A DNA stretch of 58,724 bases from a virus (lineage: Duplodnaviria > Heunggongvirae > Uroviricota > Caudoviricetes), in IMG/VR virus record IMGVR_UViG_3300012007_000007, positions 163,434 through 222,157 of that record; one strand, 5' to 3'. This document shows positions 5,886-15,433 of this stretch, in pieces. The notes beneath the pieces were generated by a model. That model ran no database searches and had not been told where the DNA came from. It saw nothing but the letters and a program-made list of their open reading frames with translations. The position numbers were made by a program, and so were the translations under genes. Every line of letters starts with the position of its first letter. Position 1 is the first letter of the stretch.

Positions 5886-5992
5886 TGATACCACAAATAT
5901 AGCAAAAATATCTACCGGTGGAACGAAAAATCTTCTAAAAAATCAATTTCCTGTCGTTCCGGGGATTGCTATCACGTGCGATACCACGGTAC

Positions 5993-6223
5993 CTATTTCT
6001 TTATGGATACCCCCATCCCGCCAACATCGAGGAGCCTCCCGTCGGTGAGGTAGAGCCTTACGAACGTGTTCCCGAAGGAGTCCTCCATGGATTCGGCCTT
6101 CTTCACGTTGTAATAGACCTGCGTATAGCAGTGGTTGTACCTGCAAAGTTCGAGGACGACAGTATTCTTCGCCGGGAAGGCAAATGACACGACGAATGCG
6201 ACAATGAACAGAATCTTCTTCAT
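5993..6223 (-). CDS. Small exported protein (76 aa)
   Basis: MKKILFIVAFVVSFAFPA signal-peptide-like N terminus. Confidence 0.65.
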   Translation of the reverse strand: MKKILFIVAFVVSFAFPAKNTVVLELCRYNHCYTQVYYNVKKAESMEDSFGNTFVRLYLTDGRLLDVGGMGVSIKK

Positions 6224-6233
6224 ATCCGAGAGT

Positions 6234-6398
6234 TTAGTAAATCTGGTACTCGGTATCGCCACACACCTTGGTGGAGTCGCTGGTCGTCTGGCACTGGTAC
6301 AGGTAGCTGGAGCCGTCATCCTTGGAGCATCCCTGGAGGGTGTAGGCCATCAGGGCAAGGAGGCCGACAAGCAGTATTACGCAAATATAGCTACGCAT
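6234..6398 (-). CDS. Small lipoprotein (54 aa; MRSYICVILLVGLLALMAYTLQG-CSKDDGSS...)
   Basis: Translated by hand; hydrophobic stretch plus LQGC lipobox-like motif; fills the gap between ligase and the 76-aa gene. Confidence 0.6.
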   Translation of the reverse strand: MRSYICVILLVGLLALMAYTLQGCSKDDGSSYLYQCQTTSDSTKVCGDTEYQIY

Positions 6399-6405
6399 GA
6401 TGTCC

Positions 6406-8514
6406 TCACTTGAGCAGGTCCAGGAACTGCTGCAGGGTTTCCGGGGTGTATACCGTTATGTCCTGGCCGGCACGCTTCAGCTGGTCTATCTTCTGCACCT
6501 TGGAAGGCCCGGCGTTTTCGCCCATGAGGACCACGTTGCACTTCTTGGTTATTGACGAGCAGATGGTGCCGCCGTTGGCCACAACCATGTCCTTGAACAC
6601 ATCGCGGTCCAGCTTCTCGAAGGTGCCGGTCATGATGCACACCTTCCCGGCGAGCTTGGCCGACTGGACTTCCTTCACTTGCTGGGCTACCCCCCACGTG
6701 GCAAGTTCGGCAAGGTCGTCCGCATACTTGGTCACGAACTCGCAGAACTTCCCGGATATTACCGGGGAAATCCCGGCCTTCTGCGCACGGTAGCAGAAGT
6801 CGTCGATGAACCCGGTAGGCTCCCCGTCAGTGTAGAGACGGATGAACCCGCCGGAATCCTTGACGCACTGGGCCACCGCCGGGGCGACCTGGTGTCCGAT
6901 ACCCGGGATGGAGAACCCCTCGATGAGCTGGTGCAGGTAGTTGGACTTGGACTTCTCGATGCTCTGCGTGAGCTTCCTCGCGCCGGCCTCGGTCTTGCCG
7001 CATGCATCCATGATGTCCTGTTCAGTAAGGACGTAGAAGTCACTGAAGAAATGGAGCTTCCCCGCCACCAGCAGCTGTTCCACTATCGACTCGCCTATGC
7101 CCATGATGTTCATGCAGTCGCGGGACACGAAGTTGGTGAGTTTTCCGCCAATCTGTGTCTGGCATTCCTCGTTCGAGCATACCCATGCCACGAGTTCCCT
7201 TCCCTCGGAATTAACCTGGCAAGCCAGGTCTCCGCCGCAGCAGGGGCACTTCACCGGGCGCAGGTAACGGGAATAGGCCCTTTCCCCTTCGGTGCTCGGC
7301 ACCCACGGACTGACATGCGGAATCTTGTCCTTGTCGCACTTGGCACGTTCGACCTCGTAGGTATCCTTTGAACGCCCGGTCTCGGTACACTTCACCAGTT
7401 CCGGGATGATTTCGCCCGCCTTGCGGATTACCACGTGGCAACCCCGGTGGAGCCCGAGGTAGTCGACGAGGTCCCAGTTGTGGAGGGAGCAACGCGATAC
7501 CGTGGTCATGGCCAGGTGGACAGGCCTGATGATGGCGACGGGCGTAATGGCGCCGGACATGCCGATTGACTCCTCTATGTTGAGAAGTTCAGTCTCCTTC
7601 TCTTCCGGCGGGAACTTGTATGCACGGTAGAAGTTAGGGGACTTCGCGGTGTAGCCGAAGCGATTCTGGTCCAACTTGTCGTCCACCTTCAGCACCACGC
7701 CGTCGATGGTGTAAGGCTGTTCGAAACGCTTCTCGCGCATCTTCTCGGCCAGGGAGACTACTTCGTCTACCGTATCGGCAACCCAGTGCTCCGGTACCTC
7801 GAAACCCATCTCGGCGAGCGTATCGATGTCCTTGGCCTGGCTTCCGTTCGGACTCCCTTCCACGATAAGGTACGACACGAAGGACAGCCCGCGCGACTCG
7901 ACCTCGTCAGGGTCATGTGACTTGAGGGTTCCGGCAGCGCCGTTCCTGGGGTTGGCGAACGCCTTCTTGCCGTCGGCGATGAGCTGGTCGTTTATTGGTT
8001 CAAAGTCCGCGTACTTCCATACGGTCTCTCCGCGTATCTCCACCTTGCCGGGCAACGGAATCCTGGTAAGCACTCCCTTGACCCGAAGGGCGTTCTCGAA
8101 GACCGAATCGCCGACGTTGTCCTTGCCGCGGGTAACCGCGTCCACCAGCTGGCCGTCCCGGTACTTGAGCGCGAGGCCGAGGCCGTCGAGCTTGTATTCG
8201 CCCTCCAGTCGGGTGACGCCGCGGTTGAACATCATCATCGCCCATTCGCGCGTCTCCTCGATACCGTTGGAGTTCGCGATGGAAATCATGGGAATCTCGT
8301 GACGGACCTTGCGGAAACCGTCAGCCCCGTCCTCCACGTGACGCGTGGGGGAGGTGTCGAGGATGAAGTTCGGGTTCGCCGCCTCGAACTCCTTGAGCTG
8401 AATGTAGTTCCTGTCGTAAACGTCGTCCGGTACGGACGACGTGCCCGCGGCATATGCACTTGCCCACTGGGAAAGTACACAGCACATTTCCGTGTATTGC
8501 TTGAAGTCTATCAT
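6406..8514 (-). CDS. ligA: NAD+-dependent DNA ligase
   Basis: YKLDG adenylation motif, AVTRGKDNVG, FANPRNGAAG, DGVVLK, AYKF, OB fold, Cys zinc finger, HhH and C-terminal BRCT. Confidence 0.97.
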   Translation of the reverse strand: MIDFKQYTEMCCVLSQWASAYAAGTSSVPDDVYDRNYIQLKEFEAANPNFILDTSPTRHVEDGADGFRKVRHEIPMISIANSNGIEETREWAMMMFNRGVTRLEGEYKLDGLGLALKYRDGQLVDAVTRGKDNVGDSVFENALRVKGVLTRIPLPGKVEIRGETVWKYADFEPINDQLIADGKKAFANPRNGAAGTLKSHDPDEVESRGLSFVSYLIVEGSPNGSQAKDIDTLAEMGFEVPEHWVADTVDEVVSLAEKMREKRFEQPYTIDGVVLKVDDKLDQNRFGYTAKSPNFYRAYKFPPEEKETELLNIEESIGMSGAITPVAIIRPVHLAMTTVSRCSLHNWDLVDYLGLHRGCHVVIRKAGEIIPELVKCTETGRSKDTYEVERAKCDKDKIPHVSPWVPSTEGERAYSRYLRPVKCPCCGGDLACQVNSEGRELVAWVCSNEECQTQIGGKLTNFVSRDCMNIMGIGESIVEQLLVAGKLHFFSDFYVLTEQDIMDACGKTEAGARKLTQSIEKSKSNYLHQLIEGFSIPGIGHQVAPAVAQCVKDSGGFIRLYTDGEPTGFIDDFCYRAQKAGISPVISGKFCEFVTKYADDLAELATWGVAQQVKEVQSAKLAGKVCIMTGTFEKLDRDVFKDMVVANGGTICSSITKKCNVVLMGENAGPSKVQKIDQLKRAGQDITVYTPETLQQFLDLLK

Positions 8515-8571
8515 ATACATAAATATAGCAAAATGCATAAACATTCGTATGCACTGGACTAGTTTCATAGT

Positions 8572-9285
8572 ATGCAAATAGATATAGACTACTTCGGATG
8601 GCCAGAAAAGTTCACCTATATGGTAGAGTTCAACAACGCCATTTTCGAGAGCCTGGAACCTTCCCGGGAGGACCTCTTTATAAGACGAATGAATGAGGCA
8701 TTTCCCGGATTTTCCGCCAAAGTCATACCGAACATGCTTGGATATCCCATGGGATGCGTCATTGTGTACCGTGGAATACTGGACGATTGCGCTCTCGACG
8801 AGCTGACGGAACGTGCCGAGGCATTCTCCTACGCCACTACAGACCATGCGGACAAGAACGTAATCATATTCAAGCCGAACAACGCTCCATCCGGGCTACC
8901 ACCGGAAAGCCGATACATTCACCTGAGCCCGGTAGACTCCCTCGATTCCACCGGCATACGGTGCAAGTCTTCCGGGAAATTCGAGACATACGAGCCAAGA
9001 ATATACCTTTTCCCACTTTCATCACTGGTAGACCCGCACTCCCCACAAGACAAAATGTATGATGAACTTGAGAAAGAATGCATAAAAATAGCCAGGCTGT
9101 TCAACGACACCTACCTGAAGAAAAAAGTCATCGAGCAACGAGAAATCTACTATATGTACCTGGTAGACCTCCCAACAGCATTCCAGCGTTATGACGATTT
9201 CTCGTTCGACAGGCCATCAGTGTACATATTGAATAACATCACACCGGACAAAGTCACCAAAATAGGAGTTCTCGAAAATTCTTAA
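8572..9285 (+). CDS. Hypothetical protein, possibly with an ADP-ribosyltransferase-like C-terminal domain
   Basis: Clean AT-rich ORF; YIHLSP...GIRCKS...YEPRIYLF loosely resembles ART-fold signatures (weak). Confidence 0.5.
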   Translation: MQIDIDYFGWPEKFTYMVEFNNAIFESLEPSREDLFIRRMNEAFPGFSAKVIPNMLGYPMGCVIVYRGILDDCALDELTERAEAFSYATTDHADKNVIIFKPNNAPSGLPPESRYIHLSPVDSLDSTGIRCKSSGKFETYEPRIYLFPLSSLVDPHSPQDKMYDELEKECIKIARLFNDTYLKKKVIEQREIYYMYLVDLPTAFQRYDDFSFDRPSVYILNNITPDKVTKIGVLENS

Positions 9286-9301
9286 ACCAGGAGTTTACAA
9301 C

Positions 9302-10168
9302 ATGAAACCCATAGCAATCAGTGTAAATGGCGGTGGAGCCCTCGGTATAGGCCCCTTGGCCTTAATGTGTAGGCTTGAGCAGGATATTGGTAAAAAGATT
9401 GGCGATATTGCAGTCGCATTTGCCGGTACGTCCACCGGAGCAATCATTGCTGGCGGCCTGGATGAAGGCTATTCTGCCCATGAACTATTCGACCTCTATT
9501 ATAACAATCTTGGCAAGATATTTACGAAATATTCATGGTACAAGCGGTTACAACCCACTTGTCCAACCTACGACAACACAAACCTCATTAATATTCTAAA
9601 GAGCAAATTCAAGGGAAACGTATGTGACTGGAAAAAGCCCATATTCATTCCGACTACGCACACCAATGGCAAGAGTGTTGAGAAGGTATGGGACCTGGGT
9701 GACAAAAATGTTCCTAAATGGTTTTCCATTTTAACCAGCACGGCAGCTCCGTCGTATTTTGATGTTGTAGTGAAGGATGGACAGTCCTATATTGATGGTG
9801 GTTGTTGGGCAAATTCACCCATAGCTGTATTGAACGCTGGCTTGAAGAAATCATCATACAATGGTAATCTGAAGATATTGGCATTTAATACTGGAATGGA
9901 CCACCCAAATAATAAAATAGGAAACAAGACGTTACTCGGTTGGGCCGACTACATGCTTACCGAATGGGTCGCTCGCGCTGGTAAAAGCAATGAATATGAA
10001 GTTAGTGCTGACATTGGCGCAGATAATGTTGCTGTTGCCTCCCCCTATGCCGACAAGATTCACAAGATGGATGACGTGTCTAAGAAGCACCTGAACGAAG
10101 TGATTGATATCTGGGAGAAATATTATGAAGAAAATAGAAAATACTTCACCAAGTTCGTTACAGGTTGA
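9302..10168 (+). CDS. Patatin-like phospholipase
   Basis: GGGALG oxyanion loop, GTSTG nucleophile elbow, TAAPSYF and DGG catalytic Asp. Confidence 0.92.
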   Translation: MKPIAISVNGGGALGIGPLALMCRLEQDIGKKIGDIAVAFAGTSTGAIIAGGLDEGYSAHELFDLYYNNLGKIFTKYSWYKRLQPTCPTYDNTNLINILKSKFKGNVCDWKKPIFIPTTHTNGKSVEKVWDLGDKNVPKWFSILTSTAAPSYFDVVVKDGQSYIDGGCWANSPIAVLNAGLKKSSYNGNLKILAFNTGMDHPNNKIGNKTLLGWADYMLTEWVARAGKSNEYEVSADIGADNVAVASPYADKIHKMDDVSKKHLNEVIDIWEKYYEENRKYFTKFVTG

Positions 10169-10332
10169 TATCGCCAGTGCGGAAGATTTGAATGTCCTTA
10201 AAGAAATGCGGCCTAAACATGAGATGCGAGCAAAGCATGTCTCGTTTGTATGTAATGATTGTAAAGAGATAAAAACACTTAGATTACGTTCAATTACTTC
10301 AATACGAAATAAACTTTCCTGATATCAATAAG

Positions 10333-10357
10333 AAAGGCGGTGAGCATCACCGCCTTT
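10333..10357. terminator. Bidirectional intrinsic terminator
   Basis: AAAGGCGGTGA-GCA-TCACCGCCTTTT between convergent units. Confidence 0.8.
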
Positions 10358-10361
10358 TAAC

Positions 10362-10946
10362 TTATTGTCCACCGCCAGCACCACCTCCCGTACCTCCCCC
10401 GGCATACCCGACGTCCGTTCCCTGGTAGTTAAGCGGATTGGTTATGGTGTACCCGCAGCGCATCGGCATGGTGCAGTTGGGTACGCCCATCATCATGCGG
10501 TCCTGCTGGTTCTTCTTGCCGTTCCTGGAAAGGTCGTCTATCACGGAGCTCTTGCACTTGTCGTACTTGGTAGGCACCGGGGTCCCCGCCGTTCTCCCGC
10601 GCAGCAGCGCGTCGTTGAGCTTCCCCTTCTTGAACTGGGCGAAGTCCGGTACTACCCAGCTGTCCTTCAGCGTCTCCTCCCCGATATCCCGGGTGGCCCC
10701 GGAGTTGACGATGGTGTTCACCTGGGCCGGGCAGACGTCCGGCTGGTTGGTGCCGCATGCGGCATGCGGGACCAGGTGCATGAATCCCTTGTAGTCGATT
10801 GCCGGGGTCTGCCTGGTCGCTGACGCCGGCATGAACTGCTCCAGGAATATGTTCCTGTACAGGTCCATGGCCTCGAGCACCGCGGGGCACCCGGTCTCGC
10901 GGTATAGGTTGTCCATGAACTCGAGCATTTCGTTATGCCGACGCAT
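10362..10946 (-). CDS. Hypothetical protein (194 aa), Gly-rich C terminus, probably late/virion
   Basis: ORF with consistent codon style; co-transcribed behind a late motif. Confidence 0.6.
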   Translation of the reverse strand: MRRHNEMLEFMDNLYRETGCPAVLEAMDLYRNIFLEQFMPASATRQTPAIDYKGFMHLVPHAACGTNQPDVCPAQVNTIVNSGATRDIGEETLKDSWVVPDFAQFKKGKLNDALLRGRTAGTPVPTKYDKCKSSVIDDLSRNGKKNQQDRMMMGVPNCTMPMRCGYTITNPLNYQGTDVGYAGGGTGGGAGGGQ

Positions 10947-11325
10947 TTGCCTGGTCCTGATGGTTGTTCTGGGTGTCCTGGCTGGACTGGCCCTGTGTGT
11001 CGTTGGATGCTATCGCCAGCGTATCCCGGAGGTTCTGTACCTGTTCGCCGGCAGTCTTCTTCAGGTCCTCGAGCTTCTTCTCCTCGGTCTCGACGGCCTT
11101 CGCCGTTGTCTGGGCAGTCTTCAGCTGGGCCGGTATCGTGTTGGCCGCAGTGCTGTTGACCACGTTGCCGGTATCCACAGGCACGGTGTCATTCTGTGCC
11201 TGCTGGGTTGTGGTTCCGGTTGCCTGGTCGTCCTCGAACAGGCTACTGTATGCCTTGATTACGCTTTCTCGGAAAATCCCGGAAGCCCCACAGCATTCTT
11301 TCAGCAATTCATCGGTACATGACAT
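10933..11325 (-). CDS. Hypothetical low-complexity/coiled-coil protein (130 aa), probably late/virion
   Basis: TATAAACT at 11356-11363 upstream; FRES/LFED motifs near the N terminus. Confidence 0.6.
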   Translation of the reverse strand: MSCTDELLKECCGASGIFRESVIKAYSSLFEDDQATGTTTQQAQNDTVPVDTGNVVNSTAANTIPAQLKTAQTTAKAVETEEKKLEDLKKTAGEQVQNLRDTLAIASNDTQGQSSQDTQNNHQDQANASA

Positions 11326-11416
11326 GATACTAACCCATTCTAGCTTACATCAGCCAGTTTATACGGAAACGCCTCCCGGATTCCCCGGGAGGCTTCTATG
11401 TTCCGGCTGTCATGGC

Positions 11417-12544
11417 CTAGAATATCAGCGAAAGTACCAGGCAGACCGTCGATATCGCGGCGCATGCCGCCGGCACGTAGTTCCTGACCCTCGCCTTCAT
11501 CGCCAGGAGGGCGACCTGGTGGCGCAACCCGCTAATCTCCTCGGCGTTCAGGTCACGCACGGCGTCACACTTCTCGTCCATGGAACGGATGGCCTCGGCC
11601 GCCATCGCGTCGATGTCGGATACCTTCTCCTGCAGTCCCTGTATTCCCCTGACGTTCTCGACGGCGATGCCGTGGGTCTTGACGGCGAAGTCGCTGAGCC
11701 GCCTCACCGTGTTCGCCATGACCTGCACGACCCGGAGGGACGCGTATGCCTCCATCGCCTCTTGGTTCGGTCCAGTCATCTGCCCGCGCAGTTCGTCGTC
11801 CACCCCGCTCTCTACCCCCATCGACCCGGAGTCGTCGTAACCGGCTTCGCCGTACACTTCCCCGGTGGATGACACGTTTTCCGTATGTGCCAGGAACTGG
11901 GGCATGTCGTAGTCGTACTTGCCGAACACCTCCCAGGTGGTCAGTATGGTGGCAATGAGGCGGTCAAGTTCCCGCTTCGACTCCGGGACGAGCTCGGAGT
12001 CCGACGGCTCGTTCATCTCCATCTCCATGCGGCTGATTTCGGCATCCAGCTCGCTGTCATCCAGGTCCTTCGCCTTGCACCTCTTCATCTCGACCAGCTG
12101 GAAATCCGGTTCCAGCTCGGTGGACTCGTCCATTTCCCAGCCCCGGTACTCCGGGAGCTTCCCGGGGCACTCGTCGGCAGTGCAGTTCATCGCGATGAAC
12201 AGCCGGTCCAGCCTGTCGCTGTCGACAACCGAGCGGTAGTTTGTCTCGTCCGGGAACACCGCGGTCTTGAGGTCGGAATCGCTCTCGGCCAGCCTCCGTA
12301 CGACGCTCTTGAAAAGCCAGTTGCCCTGTATCGGCACGACCGTCGGGCAGAGCGCCAGGATTCCCGGGATTGCCCCGGCCTCGGCCATGTGTTCCGACAT
12401 TATGGCGACGTTCCCGTAGAATACCTCGGTCAGCCTGGATATGTTCCAGGTGGGCCGCCTGGCGAATATGTTCGCCGGCTCGTACTGTCCGGTGGAGCAG
12501 TTGTAGTTGAGTATAACGCTAATTTGTGCCATTGCCGCCTGCAT
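11417..12544 (-). CDS. Hypothetical coiled-coil protein with C-terminal membrane anchor
   Basis: Acidic coiled coil; terminal AACAAISTVCLVLSLIF; true start may be 12532. Confidence 0.65.
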   Translation of the reverse strand: MQAAMAQISVILNYNCSTGQYEPANIFARRPTWNISRLTEVFYGNVAIMSEHMAEAGAIPGILALCPTVVPIQGNWLFKSVVRRLAESDSDLKTAVFPDETNYRSVVDSDRLDRLFIAMNCTADECPGKLPEYRGWEMDESTELEPDFQLVEMKRCKAKDLDDSELDAEISRMEMEMNEPSDSELVPESKRELDRLIATILTTWEVFGKYDYDMPQFLAHTENVSSTGEVYGEAGYDDSGSMGVESGVDDELRGQMTGPNQEAMEAYASLRVVQVMANTVRRLSDFAVKTHGIAVENVRGIQGLQEKVSDIDAMAAEAIRSMDEKCDAVRDLNAEEISGLRHQVALLAMKARVRNYVPAACAAISTVCLVLSLIF

Positions 12545-12944
12545 CTATAGCCACGTAGCTCACCGTGTAGTCGGTGACAACCCCGTTCTCGTCCTCGTCG
12601 CCTATTCCTACCGGCATGAAACCCACCCCGGCCTCGATTGACTTCTTGAGGAGGGTGCCGTACTTGTTGTTCTTGATGTCGAAGGACACCATCAGCCGGT
12701 TGTCGACCACTTCGGCCTTTGTCGACGTCGCCATGGCGTGTTCCGGCCACGAGTAGCACACGGGAACCTTCTTCAGCTTGCGTTCCAGCGGGGAAACTTC
12801 CTCGATGGTTATTGGCTTCGTATTGATATCGGCGGCCAGCTTCTCGATGAGGGGCTTAGTGTAGACCCTGTTGTTGCGGGTTGGCTGGTCCGCTATCAGA
12901 AGCTCCACGTCTATGGTGCCTAGCGGCTTCTTACTTCTGGGCAT
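12519..12944 (-). CDS. Prohead-protease (T4 gp21/S77)-like protein, apparently lacking the catalytic Ser motif
   Basis: PTRNNRVYT resembles NRNGRVYP; GFMPVGIG sits where GVSSRGxG is expected. Confidence 0.5.
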   Translation of the reverse strand: MPRSKKPLGTIDVELLIADQPTRNNRVYTKPLIEKLAADINTKPITIEEVSPLERKLKKVPVCYSWPEHAMATSTKAEVVDNRLMVSFDIKNNKYGTLLKKSIEAGVGFMPVGIGDEDENGVVTDYTVSYVAIDAGGNGTN

Positions 12945-13233
12945 CTTCCTTCCTCCACGCCTCGAGATAGCTGTTCATCCCGACTTCCTCCATCGTACGT
13001 TCCAGTGCAAGCCTGCGGCGGTTCCAGTAGTCGGTGGAGCACTTCATGAGGAGCAGGCGCACTTCCGGGCCGGTCTCCTTGGCGGTTATGACCTTCTTCG
13101 CGCTGTCGTACATCCTGCGGCAAAGAGTCCATTCGGCATGGAGCTTCTCCACGTCGCCGAGCAGGGTGTTGTACAGTGCCTCCTGCTCGTCGGTGAACGA
13201 CTGCTTAATCTTCTCAATCTTCTTCAGGTCCAT
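12931..13233 (-). CDS. Hypothetical protein (100 aa)
   Basis: Start MDLKK overlaps the upstream stop (ATGA-type coupling). Confidence 0.6.
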   Translation of the reverse strand: MDLKKIEKIKQSFTDEQEALYNTLLGDVEKLHAEWTLCRRMYDSAKKVITAKETGPEVRLLLMKCSTDYWNRRRLALERTMEEVGMNSYLEAWRKEDAQK

Positions 13234-14060
13234 CAGAACACACTCCCCTGGTCGACTAGGCCGAGCTGCTGGGCACGCATCGCAAGCATCTGTGACACCT
13301 CGTTGCTGAAGTCCTGCACCGGGAACATCTGCTGCGTAGCCGCCTCGCTGGAGAACCAGCATAGATAGCACTGGCCAATGGGAATGCCGGTGGCCTCCAT
13401 GAACAGCTTCTTGTACATGTTGAGCTGCAGGGAGTACTTGTGGTACTCGCAGTTCGCCAGGTGGCTGAAAGGGGGATTGAACTTGAAGTTGGAATCCAGG
13501 TCGAACTTCTCGTTGGTCTTCCAGTCCCATATCTGGAACTCGTTCGCCTTCTTGTTCCAGAAAATCTGGTCGACGATGCCGCACACCATGTACTTGGGCG
13601 AACCCACCACCTGTTCGGACAGTACAGGTATCAGCTTGCCCCGGATGGATTCACGGAAACTATCGACCTGCAATATGATGCGGTTGTAGCGGTCGCGCAC
13701 CGGGTCGCTGGTGTCGTTGGGGAATTCCTTCATCACGGCCGCATCGTCGTAACGGTAGAACTTGTTTGCTATGGCCGCCTCGAGATACGCGTGGACGTTG
13801 ATTCCGAGGACGGTGGAGACCTTGCCCTTGTGGTTCCATTCGGCTATGACCTCCTCCGGGGTGACCGGGACGCCACGCTCCCTGGTCCACTTCTCGGCTG
13901 TCTTGGCCGACTGCGTCACCTTGTCGAATGGTGGTATGTACGACTCAATCAGCTTGTTCACGCCGAGCAGCTTCACCGCGTTTATCGTGAACGTGCTCCA
14001 CTTCGTGTCGGCCTTAATCATGCCGAATGCATTGTCTACTCTCTCGAAGAATTCCTGCAT
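13233..14060 (-). CDS. PD-(D/E)XK (RecB/Cas4-like) nuclease
   Basis: G..VH..LE, SEQVV, CGIVDQI, IWDWKT, YSLQLNMY motifs. Confidence 0.88.
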   Translation of the reverse strand: MQEFFERVDNAFGMIKADTKWSTFTINAVKLLGVNKLIESYIPPFDKVTQSAKTAEKWTRERGVPVTPEEVIAEWNHKGKVSTVLGINVHAYLEAAIANKFYRYDDAAVMKEFPNDTSDPVRDRYNRIILQVDSFRESIRGKLIPVLSEQVVGSPKYMVCGIVDQIFWNKKANEFQIWDWKTNEKFDLDSNFKFNPPFSHLANCEYHKYSLQLNMYKKLFMEATGIPIGQCYLCWFSSEAATQQMFPVQDFSNEVSQMLAMRAQQLGLVDQGSVF

Positions 14061-14090
14061 CTTTGCTTCCTCTACGCAGAAAATTAAATC

Positions 14091-14110
14091 AAAAGGCCGT
14101 CACCCGGCCT
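14091..14110 (-). terminator. Intrinsic terminator
   Basis: GGCCG-GGTGA-CGGCC followed by TTTT. Confidence 0.55.
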
Positions 14111-14112
14111 CC

Positions 14113-14586
14113 TTATTTTACATTCCAGGATTCAAGGTGAATGTACCTGCTGCCGAGCCGGTATCCCTCCGGTATGTCGGGCTCCGCGTTCAGAGTCTTT
14201 GCCAGCGTGTTGTCCCAAAGCTCGTCCAGCGCATCCTTGATGGCATCCTCCAGGGTACAGCTTATCGCGGAGTCTATCACCATGTCCGGCATCGGCTTGC
14301 TATCGAACGAATCGGGATATTCCGTCTTGAGGTACTTCTTCCACTTCTTGACCACTTCCCTGGGGGCATTGTATTCCGGGATAATCCTGGTCTCGGCTCC
14401 ATTCGGGTCGAGTCCCTCGAATCCCTTGATGTACAGGGGGACATACTCGGAAAGCTCATCGGGAACCTCAAGGGTGAGGTCCACCGAGTATGCGTTCATG
14501 GGAAGCATCATCGGCCGGTCGGTCTCATTCTCCTTCAGCATGTACTGAACAGTGAATCGACTGACCGTTATGTTGACTACAGACAT
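14113..14586 (-). CDS. Hypothetical protein (157 aa)
   Basis: ORF tightly packed with its neighbours. Confidence 0.6.
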   Translation of the reverse strand: MSVVNITVSRFTVQYMLKENETDRPMMLPMNAYSVDLTLEVPDELSEYVPLYIKGFEGLDPNGAETRIIPEYNAPREVVKKWKKYLKTEYPDSFDSKPMPDMVIDSAISCTLEDAIKDALDELWDNTLAKTLNAEPDIPEGYRLGSRYIHLESWNVK

Positions 14587-14587
14587 C

Positions 14588-15433
14588 CTATTTCCCCTTC
14601 TCGGTGAGCTTCAGGAGCATCTTAGCGGTTATCGGCGAAGTGGCCAACATCGTGTTGAAGGAATCGATAAACGAGCGCACCCGTTCCGTACTTACCGGGT
14701 GGGTCCTGAACAGGTTCGGCTTCTTCCTGGAGGATTCGCTCACGTAAGGCGAGTACTTTCCCTGCATCCAGACGAATGAGACATCCAGCACGACCGCGCC
14801 GATTGCCCCGGCATACCCGTTTCCTATCGACTGTGCAACCGAGGAAGCGAACAGGTCGGCGCAACGCTCGTTGTTCCGTGACAGAGACTTCTGCTCGGGA
14901 GTCCACGCATGCCCGAGACAGGCGTGGCCAAGCTCGTGACCCATCAGGCCCACCAGTATGGCTATCGCGTACATCCTCACGACCTCTTCGCTGCGACCGT
15001 CGCAATGTATGGAGAACTCGTCCAGGAACCTCTGTACGAAGTCGCTCCCGGCATTAAAATTTGTCAGACGTTCGGAGGCCCACATGAGCATCTTCCTCGC
15101 CTCGCCCATCTTCCTGGTACGGTCGATGTACTCGCACACGTGCGCCACCATCGTAACCCACCGGCACATCCCGGTTGTTACCATCAGCATATGGCAGTAG
15201 CTGTCCCAGTCCGGACCGGGGTATTCCTTCAGCAGGTACTCGCGGACCTCGTCGCTCAGGTGGGCGCAGTACGCGTTGACCTCGTCATTGTCGCTCACCC
15301 TGAGGAACGTGGCGTCGACGACGGCCTTGTATTGCCTGTTGTCGGCGATGAACTCGCACGCCTTGCACTGAGCGAAGGCGGTCTCGCAGTCCTTGTCGGT
15401 TACAAAATAGGACGTTCCTGATTTGTTAGGCAT
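14588..15433 (-). CDS. Zinc metallopeptidase (M48/U49-like)
   Basis: GHELGH zinc motif, downstream NERCAD and THP...ERV motifs. Confidence 0.8.
   Translation of the reverse strand: MPNKSGTSYFVTDKDCETAFAQCKACEFIADNRQYKAVVDATFLRVSDNDEVNAYCAHLSDEVREYLLKEYPGPDWDSYCHMLMVTTGMCRWVTMVAHVCEYIDRTRKMGEARKMLMWASERLTNFNAGSDFVQRFLDEFSIHCDGRSEEVVRMYAIAILVGLMGHELGHACLGHAWTPEQKSLSRNNERCADLFASSVAQSIGNGYAGAIGAVVLDVSFVWMQGKYSPYVSESSRKKPNLFRTHPVSTERVRSFIDSFNTMLATSPITAKMLLKLTEKGK

Noticed and set aside
5491-5894. N-terminal extension of the 886-aa ORF and short ORFs at 5358-5894, 5639-5842, 5683-5874
   Set aside because: They overlap a terminator, the structured RNA and tRNA-Gly; GC richness explains the open frames
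9302-10168. CBASS operon
   Set aside because: No CD-NTase or ancillary Cap genes adjacent to the patatin
10104-10322. 72-aa ORF with one CxxC after the patatin
   Set aside because: Overlaps the patatin end, no clear RBS, only half a zinc motif; insufficient support
13233-14060. CRISPR-Cas locus around the Cas4-like gene
   Set aside because: No array or other cas genes, and no clear four-Cys cluster motif
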